Shown here one piece after another: positions 52,847-64,000 of a stretch of DNA of 64,000 nt. The notes below the pieces were generated by a model. That model saw only the letters and a program-made list of their open reading frames with translations. It was not told the origin of the DNA and did no database searches. Position numbers and translations under genes: made by a program. The DNA is from Haliotis rubra. Its lineage: Eukaryota. Every line of letters begins with the position of its first letter. The stretch's first letter is position 1. The stretch is taken from the NCBI RefSeq assembly GCF_003918875.1, contig NW_025767101.1, forward strand, positions 434,001 through 498,000, in the 5' to 3' direction.

Positions 52847-53055
52847 TTGGTTGGTTGGTTGTTGGTTAACGATGCACTCAGCAGTATTCCGGTTATATGG
52901 CGGCGGTTTGTAAAACATCGAGTCTGGACGAGACAATCCAGTGATCAACAGCATGAGCATCGATCTACGCAACTGGAGTACGATGACATGTGTCAACCAA
53001 GTCAGCGAGTCTGACCACCCGATCCCGTTAGTCGCCTCTTACGACAATCATGGGT
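52847..53055 (-). mobile_element. SINE family A, 5'-truncated
   Basis: Family match with (CCAA)n tail. Confidence 0.85.
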
Positions 53056-53853
53056 CAAAGTAGATTTATGTATATCTTCGGTTGATCTAAAGATTGAGGT
53101 TACTCTCATTGAAATATGTCTATACAGACAAAACTTTGCTCAGAGCATATCTGTCAGTGGTATAACTGTAGTAATGGAAATACCTTACCAGAATTTTAAC
53201 GGCCACTGTTTATCTTAAATTATTATATAATCCATCAGTCTGTTCTAAATATCTATTATGTCACACAATGATGCATATATCATATTTGGGATTATACGTC
53301 GAAGATACGTTTAGAAGGTTGAGCCCCATCCAAGATGCGTATACAAAGTGTACCTTTAAAGAACACTGAACTCGAGAGGGGTTGTGGGTTAAGGTGTTCA
53401 ATATCAAAGGTCCGAATTTTATTCCCTTTAAAGGCAAATGTGTGAAATCTTTTTTCTGCTCCCCTCCCCTCCCCCCCAAAAAATCTGTGTAAAATGGCGA
53501 GGAGTGAAAGCAAACATTCACGCATATTTCTATATATTTCATATTGATCCCGTGAAATAAATATAAAAATGTTTACAACAAATCGCACAAATGAAATGTA
53601 TGTGGTGGAGTTGTGGTCTGTACATAGAGATTATGTTTTATCACCCAGCTGTTTTACTTTAACATGTTTAAATAATGTCATTTGTATATTTCAGGAAAAA
53701 CAGTAACTAATACCTATATACTGGATTAATTTCAGATGTATCAGTCATCTTTATTGATTAATAAATAATCAAATCTCTCATTTCAGGCGGCATAAGATAT
53801 TTAAGCAGTTGTAAATAAAGTAATATTATTAAAGCTATTTTCTTCTGCCTTAC

Positions 53854-54064
53854 CCCCGAGAAGTGCAGCATGCCGACAGTGAGGCCTATTGCCAGGGAGT
53901 GACTCCCCATGTTAGGTTTATTAGGGTCAATAGTGGCGTGGATGGTCATGATGAGGGTGAAGGCCAGGAGAAACTCCACCACTGCCCCCTGGAACGGAGT
54001 GATCCCGAAGCCTGTGTTGACATACGCAGCGCCCAGGTAGCCTTGGAATTGCTCAGGTGTGACT
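53854..54064 (-). CDS. AQP4-like: Aquaporin exon 3 (loop C, TM4, TM5)
   Basis: cccactccag|A completes GCA; VTPEQFQGYLGAAYVNTGFGITPFQGAVVEFLLAFTLIMTIHATIDPNKPNMGSHSLAIGLTVGMLHFSG; donor GGG|gtaagg, phase 0. Confidence 0.93.
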
Positions 54065-54069
54065 CTGGA

Positions 54070-54286
54070 GTGGGAAAGTGAGTTTAGTTTTACGCCGCAA
54101 AAGTCCAGCTATATGGCGGCGGTCTGAAAATAATCAGGCTGGACCACACAATCAAGTGATCAAAAGCATGCGCATCGATCTACGCAATTGGGATGTGTGT
54201 CAGCCAAGACCACTCGATCCCGTTAGTCGGCTCTTACGACAAGCATGGGTTGCTGAAGATCAATTCTAACCCGGACCTCCACGGAT
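54070..54286 (-). mobile_element. SINE family A inserted at the aquaporin exon-3 acceptor
   Basis: 13-bp TSD gtgtgactctgga (54057-54069, 54287-54299) spanning the intron/exon boundary. Confidence 0.9.
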
Positions 54287-54608
54287 GTGTGACTCTGGAA
54301 ATAAGGTACTATCTATTTTATGTACACACAATGAAGGAGACTCTGGGTATGTCCTCCAGACACTGTATTGTAATAACGTGTAATAGAAAGTCCCAGAAAG
54401 AAGAACTCGTTTTGGAGGGCACAAAATGAAGGTAATTTCCTTATTTTCTCCAAGTGGGAACTACGAATTGGAAAATAACTGTAACTCGCCAATAGTCTAT
54501 TAAATGCTGGTACACGGCAATGAATACCCTGTACCTAACAATACCTGATGTTTGTTGTTTCTATACCCATCACTGGAAAAGTTGCGTCAGAAAAAATAAA
54601 TGTTGTTA

Positions 54609-55015
54609 CAGGGGTTCAATTTTTTTTTATAAAAAGCCACTTGCCACAGGGCAAGTGACTTTAAGAAAGTAACTTGTCCTGACTAATTTTCCACTTGCCC
54701 TGATTTTATGACATAATTATGATGATGTAATTACGAAAGAAGAAATCAACATGGTATTTATTTGATGTTAATGTTTACTGGACTATTTATTGAAAAGTGA
54801 TAAATAGCAAAGAAAGATAACTCTTTATTATCATTGCGAAATTTAATAGCTACATTTTGAGCAGATATGAAATTAAATCAAAGTTTATTTGCAGTTTGAA
54901 AACATAAGTGGAAATTATCTAGTAGCCCACTGACAAGTAAGATACCATTATTTGATGGCCCGAAATGAAAACTGACTTGTCCCGGGCGTCGGGCGATGGG
55001 ATTTGTGAACCCCTG
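54609..55015. mobile_element. hAT-like MITE in aquaporin intron 2
   Basis: caggggttca / tgaacccctg TIRs flanked by ttgtta; internal acttg(c/t)cc repeats. Confidence 0.65.
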
Positions 55016-55473
55016 ATTGTTACGTGTACATGTTGACACCATTGACGGATTGGGATCACAACGGTAACAAGGAACAGCGCAAACACGTCGTTGTTGATTG
55101 AAAAAATATTATTAATTTCCAATTCATCGTTCTCATTAGGAGACAAACACACTATTGTATTATAGTACGACTACACAAATGTGTTCGGATAAAGCGCGTT
55201 CACACGATACGACTTGTAACAACTTGGCACAACACACTTGTCGTAACGATTTTGAATCACATACAACTAGTTACATCTGAGTTGTAATTCATAGCCCTAT
55301 TGTGTTACATAATTCCTACTACAAGTCGCAGGCTCTCGGCCAATCAAAGACCCGCGGCCACCCTAGAGTGGCGTCCCTTTGTGCTGCCATCTAACTAGGT
55401 CCTTGGAATTGCTCAGGTGTGACTGGAATTACATAGGTATCAAGACGAAACCCAGAGAAGAAATTATACATAC

Positions 55474-55661
55474 GCCTTCAGAATGTATGCGCCGACGATG
55501 CTTCCGCCGCACTGAGCAACGATGTACAGCAGTCCCCGGATGAGGGAGATATTCTGGGCCACAACGAAGCTGACGGTGATGGCGGGGTTGACGTGGCCTC
55601 CTGACACGTGACCAATCATCTGTATCAACGCCATGATGGCGAGGCCAAAGGTCATAGAAAT
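55474..55661 (-). CDS. AQP4-like: Aquaporin exon 2 (TM2, first NPA box, TM3)
   Basis: tctttcag|ATT acceptor; ISMTFGLAIMALIQMIGHVSGGHVNPAITVSFVVAQNISLIRGLLYIVAQCGGSIVGAYILK; donor GC|gtatgt, phase 2. Confidence 0.95.
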
Positions 55662-55702
55662 CTGAAAGACGGTGGGCATAAAGGCAATTTAATCTTTAAG
55701 TA

Positions 55703-56629
55703 TACTACAAACAAAAAGTTTGGGAACACCCTAAAATTTGATAGTCATATATAAACTTAAGCGTGGTGAGGTCATTTATACTCTAGGATCAATGCAACTT
55801 TTTGTGTGCTTAATGGGCACTTTAAACGACATGTTGGAACACGAAGTGAAGCAACTGATACAATATTCGTTGAGTTTGAGTGAAATGAAATATTGTCAAA
55901 AACAGCGACAACCAAGGGTGCTGAAACACACCAGCACCATGCTTGATTCGAACACCCAAACAAACCAACCTAGTGCATGTGGAAGACAGACTGCCCATGC
56001 AGCCTGTGGCAACGTTTCCTTTACAAGAAGCTACTGACAGTATTGAAGCCTCACGACGTCTTCACCATGTCACAGCCCAGACCGTTAAGCGCCCACGACA
56101 GAAGCAGGGCCATTGCTTGGTTACAGGACGGTGAATCCATAAGAGGTGTTGCTCGCTGTCGTCAGGTGTTTTCCTCTGTCATTCACAGACTGAGGGACAG
56201 GTTCCAGGTAGAGTACAGGACAGACTTCGCTCTGGAAGACCCAGAAAAACATCAAGATCAGATGACAGCTATGTTGTGCTCCAAACCCTTCGGAACCGAT
56301 TCACAACTGCCAGTCCCCAGTTGCCACAAGCTGCATAGGAAATCTGTCTTCCACATGCACGAGGCTGTCGTGTTTGGGTTTTTCAATCAAACATGACGCT
56401 GGTGTGTTTCAGCACCCTTGTTTTTCGCTGTTTCTGACAATGTTTCATTTAACTCAACTCAAAGAATATTGAATCAGTTGCTTCACTGCATGTTCCAACA
56501 TGTCGTTTAAAGTGCACATTAAGCACACAAAAAGTTGCATTGACCTTAGAGTATAAATGACCTCACCACGTTTAAGTTTATACATGACTATCAAAGTTTA
56601 GGGTGTTCCCATACTTTTTGTTTGTAGCA
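55703..56629 (+). mobile_element. Internally deleted Tc1-like element with long TIRs (about 260 bp)
   Basis: TIRs about 55703-55963 and 56371-56629, TA at both ends; remnant MSQPRPLSAHDRSRAIAWLQDGESIRGVAR...RSGRPRKTS. Confidence 0.9.
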
Positions 56630-57330
56630 TACTATCGATATCCTAGGACAAATGTTCAAGGACATTTAATGTATGGACAACAACGTCACTATAATGATGA
56701 TCACATTGACAGTGTGAAACCGGTGTGAAATTAGATTTGTACCAAGGATCTATAGACTTTTGCGTTGAAAAGTGAAATGCTGGCCGAAAGTCTAACTAAG
56801 CCGTTGTTTGCACGTTCATACATGTCTTGGTCCACGTGCTGGTATAGGATAGTCAGGCCTTGACATGCAATTCTTATTGCATTCCATGTCTTTGACTGGA
56901 ATTACATAGGTATCAAGACGAAACCCAGTGTCAAGACGAAACCCAGTATAGCTCCACTGATGACTCCGTAAGAAACACCACAGTACGACGTATCACTGAG
57001 CAACGCGAGAACACGTGTGTGTAATTAACATGAGTAGATTGTTGTGTCATGATATTTATCCCATTCGCTAATACTATTGATAGCGATATGAAAACCAACA
57101 GCTTCAAGATACTACAATCGATAATTGTGTAACCAAATTGCGCGTCCCAACTGAATTTATGTTTTTAAATTCAATCAGAATTGTGATAAAACCAGGCAGA
57201 GGAAACAAGTACATGAAAGCGACACACCCACTTACATGATCACTACGCCAATAAACAAGCATGTTTGCATGAGCTAGCATCATAACAGTGTTCAGTGTAA
57301 ATAAGTTTGCTAGTGGAAGCGGCAATAAAC

Positions 57331-58099
57331 TAAACTGACGTACAAAAGAAACTACCCACCTGTTTGGGGGGATTATTTTTTTTTAAATAACGTAAATATT
57401 TGGAAACGTGTTTTGATTGTAACTTACAAGTCACAGACACTGTGTACGTGCTGCCAAAATGAAACACCACTGAATCAATTTGGGCTTTTCTACCAACTTA
57501 ATCTGTGCAACTTCACACCAAACTAAGTCTCTAATCAACCTTACAAATGGCCTTTAAATGTGTTTCTGTCTTGAGGACTGTGAATTGCTGGTTGTAGGAT
57601 CTATTTACCAATGTTTTCATGTACAGTCAGCGATGCAGAGACGAAAGAACAGCTCATCGACAATACTATATATTCATAGCAAAATGACCGCAAACACAAG
57701 AACTCAACAACCCAACACGTTATGCGATGACATATAGAAATGAATGTCGCAGACAATGACCAATAGCAATTATAACACTATATGTTCATGTATTACATGT
57801 AGGGGTAACAAACACAGCGAATACATTGGGGAATGTTACACACATTAAACAAATACATCAATACATCAACAAAAGGAAATGCGTTTCGCAATATTTAACG
57901 ACGCTAGTGACATTTAGCTGTTTGGATCCATGATGTAATTATCTTACTGCACTAACGGTAGTGAACGATATTGCAACATATATACATGGGACTGGCTTCC
58001 GGCTGTACAAACAGTACAATCATAGTAAAAACACCACCTTGTAAGAAAAAAAGTTGCATTTTGTTTTGAAAGGTGACGTTTCTTTTGCGGTTCAGTGTA
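57331..58099. mobile_element. Possible old Tc1/mariner non-autonomous element
   Basis: Right end ggtgacgtttcttttgcggttcagtgta resembles the 61788 TIR; only a degenerate partner near 57331. Confidence 0.3.
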
Positions 58100-59211
58100 G
58101 TTAAATGTTGTTATATGATTAGATTTTGTTAGTTAGCCCCTGTCTATCTCGTTATTTACCATGAAAAGGCAAAGTTATTAATATCGTGTTCCTTTATTCC
58201 TAAGACAACCCGACGCGAACTTTGTTCATTCCATTCCACTCTTCATGCAGGGCAGCACAAAAGTTTCCTTCCGTTATGTTGCAGAGACGTCGAGGAAGTC
58301 CAAAGCAAACCCTGATTAATCCGAAAATACAACGTTCGCCTTACGATTGGTCCAGCTCTGCCGCTCTTGTCATGAACGACGCCTAGTAGTAATGTGACGG
58401 TCCGTCCAATCGTTGGTTAGATAACATGTTGACCTCGGACAGGCAGGGTCCATCTATGTAGCCGATTAAAAATCGGTTTTGTGCGCCAGTTGTCGCCCTT
58501 GGTCGACCTGACCGACGTCTGTCATCAACGTTATTTGTCTCTCGATAACGTGATTTTCGTAAATCTTCTGTCTGTCTGTCTGTGATACGTTAGGAGCCCG
58601 TACCACAATGCCCAGTCATGTTCCAAATTGCCATATTTCAGCTGCACGTTCCGGACGTAACAGGCGCTGCATGATAACAAAACCCCGTTTAACTGAGCTT
58701 AAAGAAATATCAGCAAAAGTTTTAGTCTGTTCTTTCATCACTGAAATTTACAGCATTAAATGGTTCTGTCTCCCGACCACATCATGATAAATGCTTGCAC
58801 GAAAGTGGCGAGTTTACTCGAAATTCATAATATGTTGTGAATGGAATCATCGTTTTCCAGGCGCGTAGCAAGCCAATTGTTTCGTGTAAGCCCGATAGGT
58901 TGCAAAGCTTCATATTTAGATAGTATTTGAGGTATTTTTGGCAAGTTTTAGAAACAAAATAATTTTTAAGCAAAACATCATGTGTAACCACGGGCTTTTT
59001 TTAATAATGCTAGCTACACCCCTGTTTTTAAATCTATATACAATCATACAATTTGGTTCCCTAATAATACCATCCCAAAATGCAACACCCCATTCTGTTT
59101 AATAGTATACATAGAAACTAGGGGTTACACTGTTACAGGGAATTATATTATGAAAATCTACTTCACAAATGAGTCCAGGGGGCTATAGTATTAGCCTATT
59201 GATACAAATGG

Positions 59212-59660
59212 GTGCAACTATTATATTTTAATACGAACAGTGTCACTCCTATACTTTAACATAGTGCACATGTTATATTTTAATACGGACAGTGTAGCTC
59301 CTACATTTTAACATAGTGCAACTATTATATTTTAATATGAACAGTGTAGCTCCTACACTTTAACATAGTGCAACTTTTATATTTTAATACGAACAGTGTA
59401 GCTCCTACACTTAAAACATAGTGCACATGTTATATTTTAATACGGACAGTGTAGCTCCTACACTTTAACATAGTGCAACTATTATATCTTAATACGAACA
59501 GTGTAGCTCCTACACTTAAACATAGTGCAACTATTATATTTTAATACGGACAGTGTAACTATTACACTTTAACATAGTGCGACTATTATATTTTAATACG
59601 GACAGTGTAGCTCCTACACTTTAACATAGTGCAACTATTATATTTTGATACGAACAATGT
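59212..59660. repeat. 52-bp minisatellite, about 8.5 copies, decaying to about 59890
   Basis: Unit gtgcaactattatattttaatacggacagtgtagctcctacactttaacata. Confidence 0.9.
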
Positions 59661-60529
59661 AACTTAAACACAGGTAGTGTAACGTTTACTTTAACATAGT
59701 ATAACGCCCTACAGACGTTTTTTACCAGAGACTCCAACACTGTAACATAGAATAACACCACGCACTTTAACATAGTATAACACCACGCACTTTAACACAA
59801 TCAGTGTAACAATTTAGCATAGTATACCACAGATCGTGTAACCCTTACACTTTTACATAGCGAGCGTAAGTCCTACACTTTACCATAGACAACAAAGCAC
59901 TAGCCCTAGGATCTGTTTGCCTGTGATTCAGGTCTCTGAGTCAGTACAAACGTTTAGGTCCACGGTAAATGGCTCACTTTCTGATCATTTGTCGCAATAA
60001 TCCAGCAAAATGCAGGAGATTAACTGTCGTCCTACACCAGTGAAATGCCTATCAATGCTCACTATACAGACACATTGAGACATCTGGCGTCAAGAGTTCG
60101 GGAGAAGCCGTTGAATATGCAAATGTGAGCAGGTATTATATCAACATCAATATACAGCAACTCCTGACATGTATGTTTGTATACACCATTCACTATACGG
60201 TGAGGGCACACTAGTCATACATACGTTGACAAAACCATTTCTTAACAGTATGACTGCTAGTTCCCAAGTCTACAGAGATGCATAGAAATGACATAGTTGA
60301 AAAATGAAAAATCGGGAGTACGATGAGAATGTGTTTCAAATAGTGAAACTCTTATACTTGAATATGGAAAGTGAAACTCCCACAATTTAAAATGTCATAG
60401 GTTGTATACTTTAACATAAACGGTGTAACTTCTACACCTTAATGCAGTGTAACGCATACGCTTTAACGTAGTGTACGTTTCTATTCATCAACACAGTGCA
60501 ACTTATATTTTTACATATTGTAACGTTTA

Positions 60530-60877
60530 GAAATTGACAGAGTATTGCTTCTATACTTTAATACAGACGGCGTAACTCCTACACTTTAACATAGTGTAAC
60601 TATTATATATATACTTTAACACAGGCAGTATAACTTATACTTTAACACAGACAGTGTAACTCCTACACCTTAACACAGTGTAACTATTATACATATACTT
60701 TAGCACAGACAGTGTAACTCCTACACTTTAACATAGTGTAACTATTATATATATATACTTTAACACAGGCAGTATAACTCCTAGACCTTAACACAGTGTA
60801 ACTATTATATATACTTTAACACAGACTGTGTAACTCCTACATATCTACATACAGAGAGTATAAGTCCTAAACTTTAA
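60530..60877. repeat. Minisatellite related to the 52-bp array
   Basis: gtgtaactcctacactttaacatagtgtaactattatat units. Confidence 0.8.
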
Positions 60878-60989
60878 GAGACAAGGAAACTTGTGCACTA
60901 GGATCTATCGGAAGTTCGATGAGAATGTGTGTGTTTCGTGTGTTGTGTGTTCAGATGAAGGAACTGACTGATCGACCCAAGCCGGGGAA

Positions 60990-61200
60990 AGCTGTAATAG
61001 TCCAGATGTATGCCGGTGTTAGAGTGCAAGTCCAGTGAGATACCATGCTGCAGTTCAACATGGATACGCCCTCCTATAGTGTATTGTGACTCCGAGTCAT
61101 TATAACATGTCACAAAAGGTACCATCTTTAACTTCTTTTGGTGCGATGCGTCCGGGACCGAACCACACACCTTCCACAATTAGGGCAGACACTCCATCCA
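60990..61200 (-). mobile_element. SINE family C, degenerate
   Basis: tgagataccatgctgcagt...catggatac...gactccgag shared with the 40247-40561 copy. Confidence 0.65.
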
Positions 61201-61787
61201 CAAGACCCACGTGGGTAAACTGTATGATGCCCATTTCTGATTTCACCGCTGTGATATTGCTGGAATATTGCCCAAGTCACTCACTCAACTCGTTATCGAC
61301 AAGAACATGGAGGCAGGCTATCATGTCAAATAGTGCTGTGAAATATGTAGCGTTGGACCTCGTAGTCTCCACGGTTAGAATAGGTCCGAAGCAACGTTCG
61401 TGCTTGAGGGGACTTAATGAGTCGTTGCTTATGATATTATTCACTGGTTTCTCTGATTCAGATTAGATTTGTTATTGTTACAATAAGTAAATGGCCCTTA
61501 GATTAAATCACGCAAATAAGCCAGAAACATGTTTTAAGCTGTTACAGCTGTTGTGTTGTTGTTGTTTACAACAACACAACATCTTTTGCACGGTTGGTAA
61601 GTCATGAGAGGAACAAGTTATATGCATGCACATGATATCTCGCTTTCAAATCTGTAGAATAAACATGTGCTTAGTGAAGGGCTAGCTAAGAGGTTAACCC
61701 TGAAGTGAACCAGGTTTGATTCTCCTGAGGGGAATATTTGCTAAATCGAAATGAAACAGAATTCACTTTTTGTTGTTTGCCGATATA

Positions 61788-62638
61788 CACTACAAGCCAA
61801 AAGAAACGTTACCCTCCTACCTTTATAAATAACTGAGAAACTATGAAAGATATGTTCGAAGGTATTAGTTTACAAGAAAGCTGAACAACACAGCTTTATG
61901 CAAATTACGAAATAGATGTCTCAAATGCATTCATATTTAGGTGAAATGCATCTTTTTCAGAAGAGTTACATTGTCCTATTTTCGTCCATGCCGAAATAAA
62001 TCAATAACAGTGATTTAGACGTTCAAAAGAAAGGTTGAAATAAATTCTGCTTGGAGACGAAGATAAACAATTTAAAGTCACCATTCTTCAAATATTAAAA
62101 CAAGAAACAACTGTTGTAGAGTGTGTAAAATCGTAAAAACATCATTCCTATGATTTCAGTCTTATAAAACATTTTCTGCTGATTTGCATTAGTGAAAACA
62201 AGTAAAACGTGTCTTTGATATTGTGAAAAAATGTTAAGGAACATCTAAAATTATCTTTGTTAACATTTTTGCTTGCAAAATAACATTTTTCCATTTTCTG
62301 TTTTCACATAGCAATATCAATCTAATCTGATTCTATAGGGTATGAAGAGAGTCTAGAATACATGATATGATACACAAGTACGAGAAATATGCCACGATTA
62401 ACAGCTGAAGGGAGAGAAATAGCCATTGGGATGGTACAGATGGGGTCGACGTACAACGCTGTTGCCAACGCCCTCGGATACCACCGTATCACGGGTATAA
62501 GACTTATTTAGGGCTTCCGACAGACTGTGGTCACCGTAGACAGACCAAGAAGTGGACGTCTACGCATCACAACGCCAGCTGAAGATAGGTACCTCCATCA
62601 TTAAGGAAGGAGGGTAACGTTTCTTATGGCGTTTAGTG
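61788..62638 (+). mobile_element. Internally deleted Tc1-like element
   Basis: TIRs cactacaagccaaaagaaacgttaccctcct / aggagggtaacgtttcttatggcgtttagtg with TA TSD; remnant MPRLTAEGREIAIGMVQMG...DRPRSGRLRITTPAEDRYL from 62389. Confidence 0.85.
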
Positions 62639-62993
62639 TATATTGGACACGTACCGCGGCCTTTGCTTTTATCGGAAACTTCATACGATTATACAAAGGA
62701 TTTAAACCTTCTGTTTTATGATATGATAAGTTCCATTGACTTTCTGAGAAGAGATTTAAAATAGTTCAAATATATAAACTGAAACAAAACATTATGTTCC
62801 TTAGACAATAAGATGTCTGGATATTTCCTTTCTAATAAGTACAGTAGTTTGAAACGTGCATGGAAACCGAGATGAAACGCGTCGTACTTTTTCACCCCAA
62901 TATTCACACGGGTGAGATTTTTTTGTGAACAGCTAAAGGTATTCAGTCCTCAATAACATGTTATTATAATTTTTTACCAATACATTGATATGG

Positions 62994-63148
62994 NNNNNNN
63001 NNNNNNNNNNNNNNNNNNNNNNNNNNNNNNNNNNNNNNNNNNNNNNNNNNNNNNNNNNNNNNNNNNNNNNNNNNNNNNNNNNNNNNNNNNNNNNNNNNNN
63101 NNNNNNNNNNNNNNNNNNNNNNNNNNNNNNNNNNNNNNNNNNNNNNNN
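62994..63148. other. Assembly gap (155 N) within aquaporin intron 1
   Basis: Run of N. Confidence 0.99.
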
Positions 63149-63898
63149 TGAGGAGATGGGAGGGGCGGGAAGGAATTGTTACTTCAGCTGTTTGGGATTC
63201 CCTGGGAATTCCAGGTTTGAATTGGTCCCGATGTGACTTCAGTGATAGGGTGGTCAGGCACATTTAGCGTGGGTTGTTGTGTGTCCCCGTTGCCCCGCAG
63301 TGTGGCACGATGTTCATAGCTAGGATCACCATTTTGTCAACCCCAGACTGAGTGCGGCGTTGAACAACAATCCTTCTGATATTTAACAAGTACACTCTTA
63401 AAACGAAAGTAGGGGAAGCTGAACTTTCAATTTGGATAGGAAATATAAACGTTAACAAACTTTTCAAAGACATACCTATTATGAACGCACCACCATTTCT
63501 TTTTATCACCACCCCTAAACACAACGCAGGGGATGCACGTGCACAACGCCGTAACCCCATACACGTGCATGGAGCGTCATTCTTGATTTTGACGGTTTTT
63601 AAGAAACGGTGCACATGCAAATTTCACGTCATACACCAATCATCTTTCAAGAGCGATCACTGCACAAACAACTATGGTCATAGGGGAGTGCAAGTGGTGA
63701 TGCACTCTCAAAACATTCATTATTATCATATCAACATTGATTGATCCGATATATATCTCCCAATTCTTTCAGTCGCAAATTAAAAATGAAGTTCCCCTAC
63801 TTTTTTTTTAGAGTTTATATCCGTGTAATGGCTTCTGTGAGGAACAAATCTAACCATAGCCATATGTGTTTGGCGGTTAATAACGGTACATGTCTTAC

Positions 63899-64000
63899 CG
63901 TTATTTTGTTGCCATCAAAGAGCACAGACGCAGATCCAACAAACGTCAGCAACAGCGTGCCCAGGAACTCGGCATAAACTGCCCTCCAGAAACAGGGAGT
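63899..64000 (-). CDS. AQP4-like: Aquaporin, first visible coding exon (TM1); truncated by the window edge
   Basis: Reads TPCFWRAVYAEFLGTLLLTFVGSASVLFDGNKIT, containing the MIP-family AEFLGT motif; ends at donor ACG|gtaaga, phase 0. Confidence 0.93.

Noticed and set aside
55662-55679. MPTVFQ as the aquaporin N-terminus
   Set aside because: It would lack TM1; the tttcag is the acceptor and a phase-matched TM1 exon lies at 63899-64000
56930-56980. Hammerhead-like GACGAAAC...CTGATGA...GAAAC
   Set aside because: Stems I and II cannot form and G10.1 is missing; probably chance or a heavily decayed remnant
62964-63263. ORFs spanning X residues
   Set aside because: Artefact of the N gap

Overview
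Repeat-rich animal genomic DNA, not prokaryotic. The SINE content suggests a mollusc, possibly abalone-like (inference). The only protein-coding gene I can support is an AQP4-like aquaporin on the minus strand: six coding exons between 48429 and the right edge, all with phase-consistent GT-AG introns. Its second NPA box reads NPAW instead of NPAR. A CpG-rich promoter at about 35.0-35.5 kb, with perfect minus-strand donors, appears to start a second unidentified gene whose CpG-depleted intron covers about 1-35 kb and holds a candidate recursive splice site. The rest is SINEs (three families, many with clear TSDs), decayed Tc1 elements, piggyBac/Harbinger/hAT-type non-autonomous elements, minisatellites and one assembly gap. 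Highlights: (1) Penelope-type minimal hammerhead ribozyme elements, plus a tRNA-headed inverted-repeat element with the same architecture and a similar 3' end (a candidate Penelope-mobilised SINE); (2) a SINE whose target-site duplication rebuilt the aquaporin exon-3 splice acceptor; (3) the ar/R Arg-to-Trp change; (4) a headless SINE family with a precise, pseudoknot-capable 5' end. All coordinates were read by eye and no searches were run.
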